64,000 nucleotides of DNA, taken from TPA_inf: Saccharomyces. Lineage: Eukaryota. Below the pieces are notes generated by a model, which saw only the letters and a list, made by a program, of their open reading frames with translations, was not told the origin of the DNA and searched no databases. Of this stretch, positions 33,272 to 44,654 are shown in pieces; within the stretch, counting starts at the first letter, position 1, and the number at the start of each line of letters is the position of its first letter. The stretch lies in contig BK006940.2 in the NCBI GenBank assembly GCA_000146045.2, forward strand, positions 1 through 64,000, given 5' to 3'. A program made the translations under genes and the position numbers.

Positions 33272-35848
33272 TTAATTGTAACGGCTATATCTACTGGGTA
33301 GACTGACAGTTGATTTCCTTCGAACGCCAACTCTCGCATTGCCATTTTTAGAATCATCGTTAAATCTTTTATCTCTTTTCGGTAAAAAACTAGATATGAC
33401 TGATTTGGCCCCACTACCTGCGGCTTCGTTGAGCGTTGCAGGTGGGTCTATTTTTTTGATCCAATAGCTAGCTAAAAACCAGCTTATGACAGCTAGTAAA
33501 AGCAGTACCCCCAAAATTCCATACCACCACGCAATACTTCCATTTCTTCCTGGAACTTTTACATTCATACCGAACAGACCAGTAATAACATTTAATGGAA
33601 CTAACATTGTACCTAACATAGTAACTTTACCCAACATTTCTGTAACTTTATTATTAGAGTTAAATGATTCCACTTGTAATTGGGCCAGGTAGTTTGCATG
33701 TGATCTAGAAAAAATCTTTTCGTACGCCAATAAATTTTGAAACATCGTCAACAAATGATCCTGAATATCACCTAAGTATAAAGCAATATCTCCCCTTGGT
33801 TGTGATGTTGTTTGCATATAGCTATTTGATAAGCTTATTTGGTTATTACTATTATTCTGGTTCACATTCTCTTGTTCCGCTTGTAAGTTCACCATGTTAG
33901 TTTGAGATTTAAGCACTGGCCCAATACCATTAGTTTCATCTTGACATCTTTTGGCGAACATTTTGATAACATCTGCTTTACCGCTCAAGAGTCTCATCAG
34001 CGTCATTGTCTTACGCCTACTTTCACCAATCCTTTGTAACATGGCTGCAAAATCCATATCACGGGTCATAAACACTGAATCATCAATCGAATCAGCTTCA
34101 TACTCGATGGATTGAATAACCGGAGCAAAACTATCTGTGATATCATCGATTAAAGCATAACATAACCAATCTGAATTGACACTGACATAGTCACGTAATT
34201 GTCTTACACGTCTTCTTACATTGGCACAGTGTGATATTGGGTCAAAATGAAAAGTCAAGACACCTGACCTAAAAACAACGATGTAAACATTTATAGGTTC
34301 AAGATAATTCTCCGATTCTTTATCATTTTCAAATGTATGGAAACAGACAAAGTAATAGGATTTGAAAAGCTCTACCTTTTCACGCGTTTCTTGCATCCTG
34401 ATATCTTCCGCGGTCAAAGGATGGATTCCAAATGTTTTTGCTATGCAACGCATTTCATCATCAGTTGGACAACTGCAATCCAACCACCACGTTGGATCGC
34501 CTCCCTTGAATAACTCATAAAACGTCTGTCCCTCGGATATCAAAGAAGGGATATCACTAGCATGCACAGTTTCATCAGATTCAGAGCGGAAGAACGAAAA
34601 TCTACTAGGAATTTGATATTCTGTATTTTGGAGGGTATAATACGCCCGGCTATAACTCGAATCATTTCCTTCTTTTTCACCTTCAATCTTATTTCTACCA
34701 AATGTTACGTCAGGGTGTAGATCAGGTTTATCATCTTCCCTCACAGATTCATTGTTTTCAGATACGTACATCTCATTAACGCTGCAATTTTTTTCAAGAG
34801 TCCGTGAAATTTCAGGTGTATATTTCAGAGCTGCTGAGGATCCTGAAGTGGAAGCAGAGTTAGTAAATCCAGTATCTTGGTCGGTATGATTGTATGTTCG
34901 TTCACTGTGCCTTTGATGGTTCGCCAAAGACAGATTTCTTTCAGCATTTGAAATCTGGGCATATTCTTCCAACTCATCAAAATCAACACCATTAACTCTT
35001 GTATGTAATAGTCGAAACATTGGAAAACAAACGTCTTCTTCTGTTTCTTGAGAATCCCTGGATGCTTGCGATATCTCACTATGGAAAGATACCCTGCTAT
35101 CCATACGTAACGGTTTAATTCTTCGTGTGTCATTTCCCATATCGGACTTTTGCGATGCAGTTCTTGTCAACAACGTTGTAGGATTGACTGATGAATGTGT
35201 CGATATTGTAGAATAGGTTCTTCTCTTAAGTTTCGCCTGTTTGGGATGCGTACCATGCTCTGATTCAGCCGATGTTTCAAAGATTGCGCTAACTAGCGAA
35301 GCCTTACGAGCGCTTGTAAAAGTTCTTGCCGAGGAGGAGGCTTCTAAGTTGCATCTGTTACTTGACGTACCGGCAGGTAACGCCGTATCATGGCCTCTCT
35401 CTAAAGCCGCATTCTTTGGCAAAGAGGGAGCGATGCTCTCTACATGAATCTGCTTTTGGTGAGTTTCAGACTTTGCTAGCCTGGATGGCCTCGCATTAGA
35501 ACTTAAAAGCGCGAAAGATCTTAACTGGTAACGTTTCACTGCTTCTGCTTCTGCTTCACCTTCAAAATCCATGCGGCCACTTGTGGATATATTCGTTTTC
35601 TCCACATAGCCTCCATTTTCCACTCCACTATTCTCCCCGTTAGAGGAACTAAATTTGTGTCTAGAATCTTTCGTTTCGTCCACTTTCAATGCAAGCGCTT
35701 CGTGACGTATTGGTTGTGCATCAGAATACTGCCTATAGTTCTCTAATTTTGGGTACTTGCCTGTCTTCATGGAAGCCGCCGTATTGTCAACGGATTTTGA
35801 CCTTGGTAAATCTGACGATGAATCAAATGAAGTGGATAAGGACGACAT
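33272..35848 (-). CDS. ALR2: CorA/Alr-family Mg2+ transporter, 858 aa.
   Basis: C-terminal two-TM region carrying a GMN motif (GLFGMNV) after a long hydrophilic N-terminal region, typical of Alr1/Alr2. Confidence 0.9.
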   Translation of the reverse strand: MSSLSTSFDSSSDLPRSKSVDNTAASMKTGKYPKLENYRQYSDAQPIRHEALALKVDETKDSRHKFSSSNGENSGVENGGYVEKTNISTSGRMDFEGEAEAEAVKRYQLRSFALLSSNARPSRLAKSETHQKQIHVESIAPSLPKNAALERGHDTALPAGTSSNRCNLEASSSARTFTSARKASLVSAIFETSAESEHGTHPKQAKLKRRTYSTISTHSSVNPTTLLTRTASQKSDMGNDTRRIKPLRMDSRVSFHSEISQASRDSQETEEDVCFPMFRLLHTRVNGVDFDELEEYAQISNAERNLSLANHQRHSERTYNHTDQDTGFTNSASTSGSSAALKYTPEISRTLEKNCSVNEMYVSENNESVREDDKPDLHPDVTFGRNKIEGEKEGNDSSYSRAYYTLQNTEYQIPSRFSFFRSESDETVHASDIPSLISEGQTFYELFKGGDPTWWLDCSCPTDDEMRCIAKTFGIHPLTAEDIRMQETREKVELFKSYYFVCFHTFENDKESENYLEPINVYIVVFRSGVLTFHFDPISHCANVRRRVRQLRDYVSVNSDWLCYALIDDITDSFAPVIQSIEYEADSIDDSVFMTRDMDFAAMLQRIGESRRKTMTLMRLLSGKADVIKMFAKRCQDETNGIGPVLKSQTNMVNLQAEQENVNQNNSNNQISLSNSYMQTTSQPRGDIALYLGDIQDHLLTMFQNLLAYEKIFSRSHANYLAQLQVESFNSNNKVTEMLGKVTMLGTMLVPLNVITGLFGMNVKVPGRNGSIAWWYGILGVLLLLAVISWFLASYWIKKIDPPATLNEAAGSGAKSVISSFLPKRDKRFNDDSKNGNARVGVRRKSTVSLPSRYSRYN

Positions 35849-36802
35849 TACGAAGTTTTTTCACGTTTTCTCATAAAAATTCAGTACTTCTATAAAGGTG
35901 ATTAAAATATATTCCTGTCGATTTTTTTATCCAACTGACAGTACATTTCCATGTAAGTAATTGTTTAGCAATAGTAGTCTCTACCGTCCTTGCTGAACAT
36001 TGAATAGAGGAAATAAACGCTGTTGATTTTACCTTTCCACTTTTATAATATAAACCTCTACGTTAAAATATCATATGCTCGAGGAAAACCTGATTTCTCT
36101 GGAAGCAGCCACTTTCGTGAACAGCCAAACCAAATGCTGCATTTTTCGAAGAAAATTTTTATCTCAAGGAGTCGCTTTTGTAACTTATAGCCGGTCAGGC
36201 AGTAAAAACGTACCTGAAAGAATAGTTTGATAGTAGGATATGGACAACGGTTAGTTTTGTCTGTACTTCTTGTATACAGGGCCTCTGTCAAATGAATGTG
36301 CGTATAAATTAATGGAGGTCTTGCATAGTTTGTTGAAACTTGGAAGAACTGTCAACCTTCACATATATGATATCCACGGTCTAAGCACGAAGGGCACTTC
36401 TTGTTTCTCACATTTAGGCAACTACGATGTGGGAAGTACAGCTCAGTTACGGAATCTAGCACGTAGGAAGAATAAGCGATAAGTGTTCCCTTCAACACAT
36501 CCATAAAGGAGTTTAGCAGCTGATATATTTGTCGTATCTAAAAAAATTTTCAGAGTATTATGACCTCGTCAAGTACAACGGAAATATATCCTGACATGGA
36601 AAGATTAGCCGTTCAGAAAGTGGCCCTGTGCATTAAATATAGTTGTAGTTTCAGCCGTCTATATTTTTTTTTCGAACCATCACTTTTCCCTTTCTGGACT
36701 TTTCTCAATGTAAAAACAAGAAAAACATGGAATGTATAATACTATAAATAAAAAAAGTAGGAAGAAGAACCAAAACAAAGGGCGTTTTAAAGAGAGACGA
36801 AT

Positions 36803-38674
36803 ATGCTTGGCGAAGATGAAGGGAATACCGTTCTTGAAAAGGGAAATAATCCTTCTGTAAAACAAGGAGAGGTTGGAGCTGTATTTATAGTACCCAAAAT
36901 ACTTATCAGAGAACATGAAAGAGTGATACTTAAGCAAATTCTGCAAATCCTGGATCAAGATGAATTGGTTCAACCTCCCTTAGACAAATTTCCCTACAAA
37001 AAATTAGAATTACCGAAATATATAGATGAACTTAAGACGAGAGACGCTACTAATACATCCTACAAGATGATACAATTGGATGCTTATGGTGAGAAAAAAG
37101 TGGGTTCGAACGGTGAATTATTTGGCGGTAGACATTATTTGTTCAACACCTTCACATTCACGGCTCATATGGGTGTTCTTCTGGTACTTTTACAAGATGT
37201 CATTAAAGTGTTATACCAAAGCAACGCAACGCATGACGAGGACGAGTTTATTGTCCAGCATGATCAAATTCTGGTAATGGAAACTTCTGAGGAACAAACA
37301 AAATTTTTGGCCAAAAATGGTGTCATTCCTGAAGAATCCAAAGGATCTTTTAAGTATATAACTGCCAGGTCAGCCTTTGTTGAATTCGGTGCTTCTGTTA
37401 TTGCCGGTGGTCAACGCATCGTTGATGATTATTGGGAATCTTTAGCTAAAAAGCAAAATTTGTCGTCTCACCAAAGGGTTTTCAAATTATCAACAAATTT
37501 AATTTCTAAAATCTCACTTTTACGCCCCTCCTTCCAAAATAACAGGATTAGCAATGCCAATGAAATTAGTGCGAACACTAATAATACCTGTACGATTTCT
37601 ACTTCAAAATTCGAATCACAGTATCCAATAGTCACGGAACAACCGTCAGCGGAGATTAGAGAAGCCTATATTGAAAACTTTGCCAAAGGTGAGCACATTT
37701 CGGCAATTGTTCCTGGTCAAAGCATTAGTGGAACATTGGAACTCAGTGCACAATTTAGAGTACCGCGTTATCACAGCAAAAACTCATTTCAACAAGCTCT
37801 GCAAATGAAGGCAATGGACATACCAATCGGAAGACATGAAGAATTACTTGCGCAATATGAAAGTCAAGCTCCTGATGGTTCCGCTTCAATTTCACTTCCT
37901 AACCATATTCCATCTGTCAATCCTAGCAATAAACCAATCAAACGAATGCTAAGTAGCATTCTTGATATTAACGTTTCCTCATCAAAAAACAAGAAGTCTG
38001 AGGAGAACGAAATGATAAAACCCATGAACAAGGGCCAACACAAAAATAATACATCGTTAAACATAAACGGCTGGAAATTTGAATCTTTGCCATTAAAATC
38101 CGCCGAGAATTCAGGTAAACAGCAATATTATAGAGGATTGCCGTTATATGAAAAAAACACGCTGCTAGAAAGGTTGAAACAGCTGACACCGAACGAAATT
38201 AAAGAACTAGAGCATTTACACGATGCCGTTTTTGTTAATACCGGTTTGCAGAACGTTAGAAAAGTTAGGACAAAAAAATGGAAAAAGTACTGGCAGTACA
38301 AGGCAGGTATTCCTATCGGTTTGAAACGGTCTCAATTGGATGAATTCAAAAATAAATATTTGAAAGATGTGTTGGCGCAAACGAGTGTTACTACAAATTT
38401 TAACGAAATAACGAATACGGATGAAACAATAACAACAAAGAGGGTACCGAACCCAAACTTCCTAGGAAATTGTAACATTAAGGATTTTAAACCTCCATAC
38501 ATTTATTCTCATGTGAACAAAGTACCACAAAATGTCGCTGGGGATAAAACGGCTGTTAAGCTGGACACTGAAGTAAAGAACACAAATGCTAATCCAGTGG
38601 TGGCGACGGATCCGGTCGCCGCTAAACCGGACAACCTGGCTAACTTCAGCAACGAAGTAGCTATGAATAATTGA
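36803..38674 (+). CDS. SWP82: SWI/SNF complex subunit, 623 aa, Asn-rich.
   Basis: Position and length match YFL049W. It is a hydrophilic low-complexity protein. Identity is by gene order and recall, not by a diagnostic motif. Confidence 0.8.
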   Translation: MLGEDEGNTVLEKGNNPSVKQGEVGAVFIVPKILIREHERVILKQILQILDQDELVQPPLDKFPYKKLELPKYIDELKTRDATNTSYKMIQLDAYGEKKVGSNGELFGGRHYLFNTFTFTAHMGVLLVLLQDVIKVLYQSNATHDEDEFIVQHDQILVMETSEEQTKFLAKNGVIPEESKGSFKYITARSAFVEFGASVIAGGQRIVDDYWESLAKKQNLSSHQRVFKLSTNLISKISLLRPSFQNNRISNANEISANTNNTCTISTSKFESQYPIVTEQPSAEIREAYIENFAKGEHISAIVPGQSISGTLELSAQFRVPRYHSKNSFQQALQMKAMDIPIGRHEELLAQYESQAPDGSASISLPNHIPSVNPSNKPIKRMLSSILDINVSSSKNKKSEENEMIKPMNKGQHKNNTSLNINGWKFESLPLKSAENSGKQQYYRGLPLYEKNTLLERLKQLTPNEIKELEHLHDAVFVNTGLQNVRKVRTKKWKKYWQYKAGIPIGLKRSQLDEFKNKYLKDVLAQTSVTTNFNEITNTDETITTKRVPNPNFLGNCNIKDFKPPYIYSHVNKVPQNVAGDKTAVKLDTEVKNTNANPVVATDPVAAKPDNLANFSNEVAMNN

Positions 38675-38842
38675 AAGAAGTAAAACATAATGTAGGGAAC
38701 ACTCCAATAAGAAATAAACCATTGTTGAAGTAGTAATATAAACTATCGTTCGTTATTTTATAAAATATGTATTGTTACATATATATACATATATAGGGAA
38801 TGCATGTGCACAATTGGTTTGAGTGGAAGGAATAATCCAAAA

Positions 38843-40180
38843 TCATAGCAGTTTGGTCTTTATGATCTCTTGTCTGATTCTGAATGTGTAATATGCCATA
38901 ACCAACATAATGAAAATTAATGGAAGTAACCAAATCATTAGTTTTCTGGCAATTTCGTCGACCTGAGGACCATCTTGTCCATGACGTTTGGTAGCTTCCC
39001 TATACTTTTCTTGTTCAACCAGGACTTTCTCCAATTTCTGATTGATTGATAAGAAGTCTTTGAAATTTTCTTTATCCTCAGCGATTGCATCATCGGTGGA
39101 CGTTCCCTTTTCATTATTAGCTGGTGGCTTAGAAGAGAGCTGTTTAGTTATCGTAGTCATGAATGATAATAGCTCTTGTTGGACCTTAATGACATCATTT
39201 AGCTTTGTTTCTAAAGCATTGATATCGTTCGCAAGAATTTTACCTTCAACTCTATCCAGTTTCTTATACAATTCATAGTTTGTAATTTTGTCTTTGTCAG
39301 CGTCAAATGCTGTTTTTTCAATCAATTTTTCTTTGCCGGTTTGTTGGTCAATGTATTTGGTGATCAGTTTTGGCTGACCCATTGCATTCACATTAGGGAT
39401 CAAAGAATCTTCAATCACGCCATTAAAAAATTGCATTTTGAATATTTCAAAAGACTCTGCATTATTATTCACTGCTCCATTTTGAGCGGTGACACCAATA
39501 CGGTAAGACCCAGAGGGAAAGCGAACCTTCCTAGTTTGGAAACAGACTTTATTGTCCACCTGAACTTTTAATAAGTTGTCGTCTTCCAAATCATAAGTTA
39601 CTCTGATCGTGGAAGGAACGGAGGAATCCTGATAACCCATCAAACAAGATGCAAAACTCTGATCATAGATTTTCGTCTTATCTACAGGCTTTTGACCATC
39701 ATTTAGTTGACCACGAAGTGTTGGGCCCAATGGACCATTGTTATCCACTAATAATTGTAAACCATCATAGTTCACTGGCCCATTGTATAACTGCTTATCG
39801 CGTGGTACGTTAGAATCTTGAACAAACCAAAATGATATGCCACCGTCGGTTTGGCCAGAATAACCAACACTCCTAAATGTCCACTCCATAGTAAAAGAAT
39901 CCTTCAAATCGAATCCTTGCTTCAACCAAAGTGAACCCTTGGAATTTTGCTTAGAAGTCAATACAATTCTCCCTTCCTCTAGACTAGCTTGTTCTCCAGT
40001 TTGCCAGTTATTGGGCACTTTACGTGCATTAATGAGATCAGGGAGCGAGTAGTCTGAGCTTAATTTGGATGCATCTGAAGTGTCACCCAATGGATGAGCT
40101 TCTAGCAATCCAGCCCATGTCGCTAAGACGGTAAAAACACTCAACAGTACTGTACTTTTCATAGTAATTAACATCATCAT
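38843..40180 (-). CDS. EMP47: L-type-lectin-like type I membrane cargo receptor of ER-Golgi transport, 445 aa. Start taken at MMMLITMKST....
   Basis: Signal peptide, luminal legume-lectin-like domain, single C-terminal TM and a short cytosolic tail ending KTKLL (di-lysine/di-leucine signals). Confidence 0.88.
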   Translation of the reverse strand: MMMLITMKSTVLLSVFTVLATWAGLLEAHPLGDTSDASKLSSDYSLPDLINARKVPNNWQTGEQASLEEGRIVLTSKQNSKGSLWLKQGFDLKDSFTMEWTFRSVGYSGQTDGGISFWFVQDSNVPRDKQLYNGPVNYDGLQLLVDNNGPLGPTLRGQLNDGQKPVDKTKIYDQSFASCLMGYQDSSVPSTIRVTYDLEDDNLLKVQVDNKVCFQTRKVRFPSGSYRIGVTAQNGAVNNNAESFEIFKMQFFNGVIEDSLIPNVNAMGQPKLITKYIDQQTGKEKLIEKTAFDADKDKITNYELYKKLDRVEGKILANDINALETKLNDVIKVQQELLSFMTTITKQLSSKPPANNEKGTSTDDAIAEDKENFKDFLSINQKLEKVLVEQEKYREATKRHGQDGPQVDEIARKLMIWLLPLIFIMLVMAYYTFRIRQEIIKTKLL

Positions 40181-40420
40181 AAAATACAAATTCCCTGATG
40201 CTAACTATTTGTTAATTTTATTGGTATAATTATAATTATTCAATACCAATTAAGGCTTCTATTAAAAGATCAAAAACATTCTTAAGAGTTCATACTGTTT
40301 CTCTACTCGTGTATAGTGATACCAAGACGTAATGACAATAATAGATGGAAATTGAAATATTATGAAACAGGAATAATATTCCGTTGAATTGTAATAGATG
40401 TTGTACACCTGCAAGCGAGC

Positions 40421-42565
40421 ATGCTATCATTTTGCGACTATTTTTGGTCTGAAGACCTTGTCTCAGGTCTAGATGTGCTTTTTGATAGATTATACCATGG
40501 TTGTGAGCAATGCGACTTGTTCATTCAATTATTTGCGTCAAGAATGCAATTTGAAGTCAGTCACGGGAGGCAGTTGTTTGGTATAGAAGCCGGTATGGAC
40601 AATCTGAAGGCAGTGCAGGAAGATGAAGATGAAGGGGTGACAGTTTCGAGGGCCCTGAGGGGAATTCTACAGGAAATGTCTCAGGAAGGGACGCATCACT
40701 TGACAATAGCGTCGAACATAGAAAGTTTGGTGCTGCAGCCATTCAGTAAATGGTGCATAGAACATAGGGAGAGAATTCAATACTCCGAGAAGACTTTGTT
40801 GACCAATGTAAATAATTTCAGGAAGTCTAAAAAGTACGTCGGTAAGCTGGAGAAGGAATATTTTAATAAATGTAGGCAGCTAGAAGAATTTAAAAGAACT
40901 CATTTCAACGAAGATGAGCTAGCAAATGCAATGAAATCATTGAAAATACAAAATAAATACGAAGAAGATGTGGCCAGGGAAAAGGATCACAGATTTTTCA
41001 ACAGGATAGCGGGAATAGATTTTGATTATAAGACAATGAAGGAGACGCTTCAGCTGTTACTGACCAAGCTTCCTAAAACGGACTATAAGCTACCTCTCAT
41101 TAGTTATTCTTTGAGCAACACCAACAATGGTGGAGAAATAACGAAGTTTCTGCTTGACCACATGTCGTTAAAGGATATTGATCAAGCTGAAACGTTTGGC
41201 CAAGATTTGTTGAATTTAGGGTTTTTGAAATATTGCAACGGTGTTGGTAATACATTTGTCAACTCTAAAAAATTTCAATACCAATGGAAGAATACCGCGT
41301 ACATGTTTGCCAATGTGCCAATGCCCGGTTCAGAGGAGCCTACCACTGGTGAATCCTTAATATCCCGGTTCAACAACTGGGATGGTTCATCTGCAAAGGA
41401 AATTATTCAATCCAAGATTGGTAACGACCAGGGGGCAGCGAAGATCCAAGCTCCGCATATATCCGATAATGAAAGGACGCTTTTCAGAATGATGGATGCG
41501 CTTGCAGCGTCAGATAAGAAGTATTACCAGGAGTGCTTCAAGATGGATGCCTTGAGATGCTCGGTTGAGGAGTTGTTGATTGACCATTTGTCGTTTATGG
41601 AAAAATGTGAGTCCGATAGACTGAATGCGATCAAGAAAGCGACACTAGATTTTTGTTCTACCTTGGGTAACAAGATTTCTTCGTTAAGACTGTGCATAGA
41701 TAAAATGCTCACGCTAGAAAACGATATTGATCCCACTGCAGACCTTTTGCAACTTTTAGTTAAGTACAAGACGGGCAGTTTCAAGCCGCAAGCCATTGTT
41801 TATAATAATTACTACAATCCTGGTTCATTTCAAAACTTTGGTGTTGATCTAGAAACTCGTTGTAGACTAGACAAGAAAGTCGTTCCGTTGATAATTTCTT
41901 CGATATTCTCATATATGGACAAAATATATCCTGACTTACCTAATGATAAAGTAAGAACTTCAATTTGGACTGATTCGGTGAAATTAAGTTTAACACATCA
42001 GCTTCGAAACCTATTGAACAAACAACAGTTCCACAACGAAGGGGAAATATTTGATATACTTTCTACGTCCAAGTTGGAGCCAAGCACCATCGCCAGTGTT
42101 GTTAAAATTTATTTATTAGAATTACCAGACCCACTAATTCCCAATGATGTCTCTGATATTCTTCGGGTGCTTTACCTTGACTATCCACCTTTAGTTGAAA
42201 CTGCGTTGCAAAATTCTACATCATCTCCCGAGAATCAGCAGGACGATGACAACGAAGAAGGCTTTGATACCAAGAGAATAAGAGGCCTTTATACTACTCT
42301 GTCCTCTCTAAGCAAACCACACATAGCGACACTAGACGCTATTACAACTCATTTTTACAGATTAATTAAAATTCTGAAAATGGGAGAGAACGGTAATGAA
42401 GTAGCAGATGAGTTTACCGTCTCAATTTCACAAGAATTTGCCAATTGTATTATCCAGTCAAAGATCACCGATGATAATGAAATTGGTTTTAAGATTTTCT
42501 ATGATCTACTGACACATAAGAAACAGATTTTTCACGAATTGAAAAGGCAAAATTCAAAAAATTAG
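40421..42565 (+). CDS. RGD2: Rho GTPase-activating protein with F-BAR/FCH and RhoGAP domains, 714 aa.
   Basis: Length and position match YFL047W. The RhoGAP-like region lies in the C-terminal third (PLIISSIFSYMD...VKIYLLELPDPLIP). Confidence 0.85.
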   Translation: MLSFCDYFWSEDLVSGLDVLFDRLYHGCEQCDLFIQLFASRMQFEVSHGRQLFGIEAGMDNLKAVQEDEDEGVTVSRALRGILQEMSQEGTHHLTIASNIESLVLQPFSKWCIEHRERIQYSEKTLLTNVNNFRKSKKYVGKLEKEYFNKCRQLEEFKRTHFNEDELANAMKSLKIQNKYEEDVAREKDHRFFNRIAGIDFDYKTMKETLQLLLTKLPKTDYKLPLISYSLSNTNNGGEITKFLLDHMSLKDIDQAETFGQDLLNLGFLKYCNGVGNTFVNSKKFQYQWKNTAYMFANVPMPGSEEPTTGESLISRFNNWDGSSAKEIIQSKIGNDQGAAKIQAPHISDNERTLFRMMDALAASDKKYYQECFKMDALRCSVEELLIDHLSFMEKCESDRLNAIKKATLDFCSTLGNKISSLRLCIDKMLTLENDIDPTADLLQLLVKYKTGSFKPQAIVYNNYYNPGSFQNFGVDLETRCRLDKKVVPLIISSIFSYMDKIYPDLPNDKVRTSIWTDSVKLSLTHQLRNLLNKQQFHNEGEIFDILSTSKLEPSTIASVVKIYLLELPDPLIPNDVSDILRVLYLDYPPLVETALQNSTSSPENQQDDDNEEGFDTKRIRGLYTTLSSLSKPHIATLDAITTHFYRLIKILKMGENGNEVADEFTVSISQEFANCIIQSKITDDNEIGFKIFYDLLTHKKQIFHELKRQNSKN

Positions 42566-42814
42566 GACTAGGCGATATAGATTTGTATATAATTTTATAT
42601 AAAAGGAAATATGTACATCATTTTCTTTCACTGTAGGCAGCTGTTTCAAGTTCTTTTTTTATTGGAGATATAATTATTTACATTATTGTTATAGAGGACA
42701 CACGAAAAAGCAAGAAGGGAACTATAAGAAAAATAAAAAATAATGAAGAATACAGATCTGTAATTAGTCATTTCAAGTGAGCGTAATAAGTAAAGTAAGG
42801 TAGAACGGAATAAA

Positions 42815-43438
42815 ATGCTCAAGCGTATTGTTGGATTGCCTGCAAGGCGTTGCTTTCATAGAACGTCCTTTTTGCTGGGCAGTGACTTTGAAACTGTGCA
42901 TATTCCCAATACGAACCACTTTAAAGATTTACTTATAGAGAACGGTAAATTTCAAGAGGATCAAGCAACTACAATAGTAGAGATAATGACAGATGCAATT
43001 AGGGGCGGGGTTAATCATGTTTCACAGGATCTGGCAAAGAGAGAAAAATTGACCCAACTTAGCTATCAACAACGTGTTGATTTTGCAAAGTTAAGAGATC
43101 AGCTATTGAGTGCTGATAGAAGTGAATTTCACAATATTCAAAACGAGTACGAAAGTGTGAAAAACGATCTGGAGAAACTAAGAAACAAACTAAGGGAAGA
43201 AATTACCAAAACAAACGCCGGTTTCAAACTTGATCTGTCCTTAGAAAAAGGCAGAATTAGGGAAGAAAGTAGTCATCACGATCTGCAAATAAAAGAAATC
43301 GACACCAAAATTGAGCAAGAAGTGACCAATATGAAGATGCAGATTGATTCTGTCAAGACTCAAGTCATGCAATGGCTGATAGGTGTCTGTACAGGTACAT
43401 TTGCACTTGTATTAGCATATATGAGGTTATTAACATAG
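42815..43438 (+). CDS. FMP32: Mitochondrial protein with coiled-coil and C-terminal TM (DUF1640 family), 207 aa.
   Basis: N-terminal presequence-like MLKRIVGLPARRCFHRTSF, coiled-coil repeats and a C-terminal hydrophobic segment. YFL046W position. Confidence 0.85.
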   Translation: MLKRIVGLPARRCFHRTSFLLGSDFETVHIPNTNHFKDLLIENGKFQEDQATTIVEIMTDAIRGGVNHVSQDLAKREKLTQLSYQQRVDFAKLRDQLLSADRSEFHNIQNEYESVKNDLEKLRNKLREEITKTNAGFKLDLSLEKGRIREESSHHDLQIKEIDTKIEQEVTNMKMQIDSVKTQVMQWLIGVCTGTFALVLAYMRLLT

Positions 43439-43627
43439 TGGCGACAAGCGAGGAAAAAGGGCTAGACTTGGTACTTGAAAATTGCATTTACGTTTTGTAT
43501 AACACAGTTCAGTAAGAGTACACATTCAATAACGTAGTAAGAGTATATTTATTTATATAAGAAGGATAAAAAAGAATCACCAAACGGATCACAAATGGCA
43601 TAATCACGTAGCAACCTGGAAATAAAG

Positions 43628-44392
43628 CTATAAGTTGAATAGTTCAGTCAAAATTTTGACGGTGTCATCAGGGGATTGTACTGAATGTCCGATGGTTCTT
43701 TCATCGACAAAAATTTCGTAATCGTTACCACCGACCATAGTCTTGTCACCAAAGAAATGAATTTCCTTGAAACCATCTTTTTCAACGTGTTGCAAACAGT
43801 AGGTCTTATCCCAACCAGCGGGGAAAACGTCGAAAGAGATTTGGCCACCAATGGAGAAAGTCAAACCGTAGTCTGGGAATTCCTTTTTCAAAGCTTCAAC
43901 GAACTTGGCTCTGATTTGGTGTTCCTTATCGTATCTTTCGAATTCGTTTCTTTCCTCAGTAGAAGCATTTCTACCAATTGGGGAAACGTTGATCATACCA
44001 TTTCTAAATTCCAAGAAAGTACCTCTTCTCTTTGGCAAGTCAATTTCAGATAGATATCTCAAAATGAAGACGGCCAATTTATTGTATTTTTCCTCACCGA
44101 GCCAGTTGATGAAGGATTGAGAAGCTAATTCCTTACCTAATCTGTAGGCGGTCAAACCATTTTCAGAGAAAGAATAGTCAAATTCATCTAAAACGTTTGG
44201 GCCTAACTGTTCTAATTGCTTGCTTAAGTCAGAACCACCGACAAAACCAATGCAGCACTTGTTTCTCAACTTGGCCAAAGTTTTTCTAACTTCTTCAGAA
44301 ACAGTTAATCTGGCTGGTGTCAAGGTACCATCAACATCGAATAAAACCAAAGTTTCTGGTTTTTCCTTGTAAGCGAATTCAGCGATACTCAT
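43628..44392 (-). CDS. SEC53: Phosphomannomutase (HAD superfamily), 254 aa.
   Basis: N-terminal DVDGTLT motif ([15 protein letters not shown]) and overall collinearity with eukaryotic PMM. High codon bias. Confidence 0.95.
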   Translation of the reverse strand: MSIAEFAYKEKPETLVLFDVDGTLTPARLTVSEEVRKTLAKLRNKCCIGFVGGSDLSKQLEQLGPNVLDEFDYSFSENGLTAYRLGKELASQSFINWLGEEKYNKLAVFILRYLSEIDLPKRRGTFLEFRNGMINVSPIGRNASTEERNEFERYDKEHQIRAKFVEALKKEFPDYGLTFSIGGQISFDVFPAGWDKTYCLQHVEKDGFKEIHFFGDKTMVGGNDYEIFVDERTIGHSVQSPDDTVKILTELFNL

Positions 44393-44654
44393 TATTGGTG
44401 GTTATATTAGCAGATAGGTAAAAAAGGAGAAAGAAGTACTAAGGAAATTGTCGATTTAGTTTTCGTCAAAGATCTTATACTTTGCCAAGAAGAATAGACG
44501 ATATAAACAGAAAAATAAGTGAAAAGAACACGTAAAAAACGGCACATTTTAATATATTTCAAATTTTTTTTTCATCAACGACAAAAGGAATGCATTTTAT
44601 CCACTTTTCGTGTCTCATGACGAGTATACCGATAAACGCCAAATGCGTATTTTA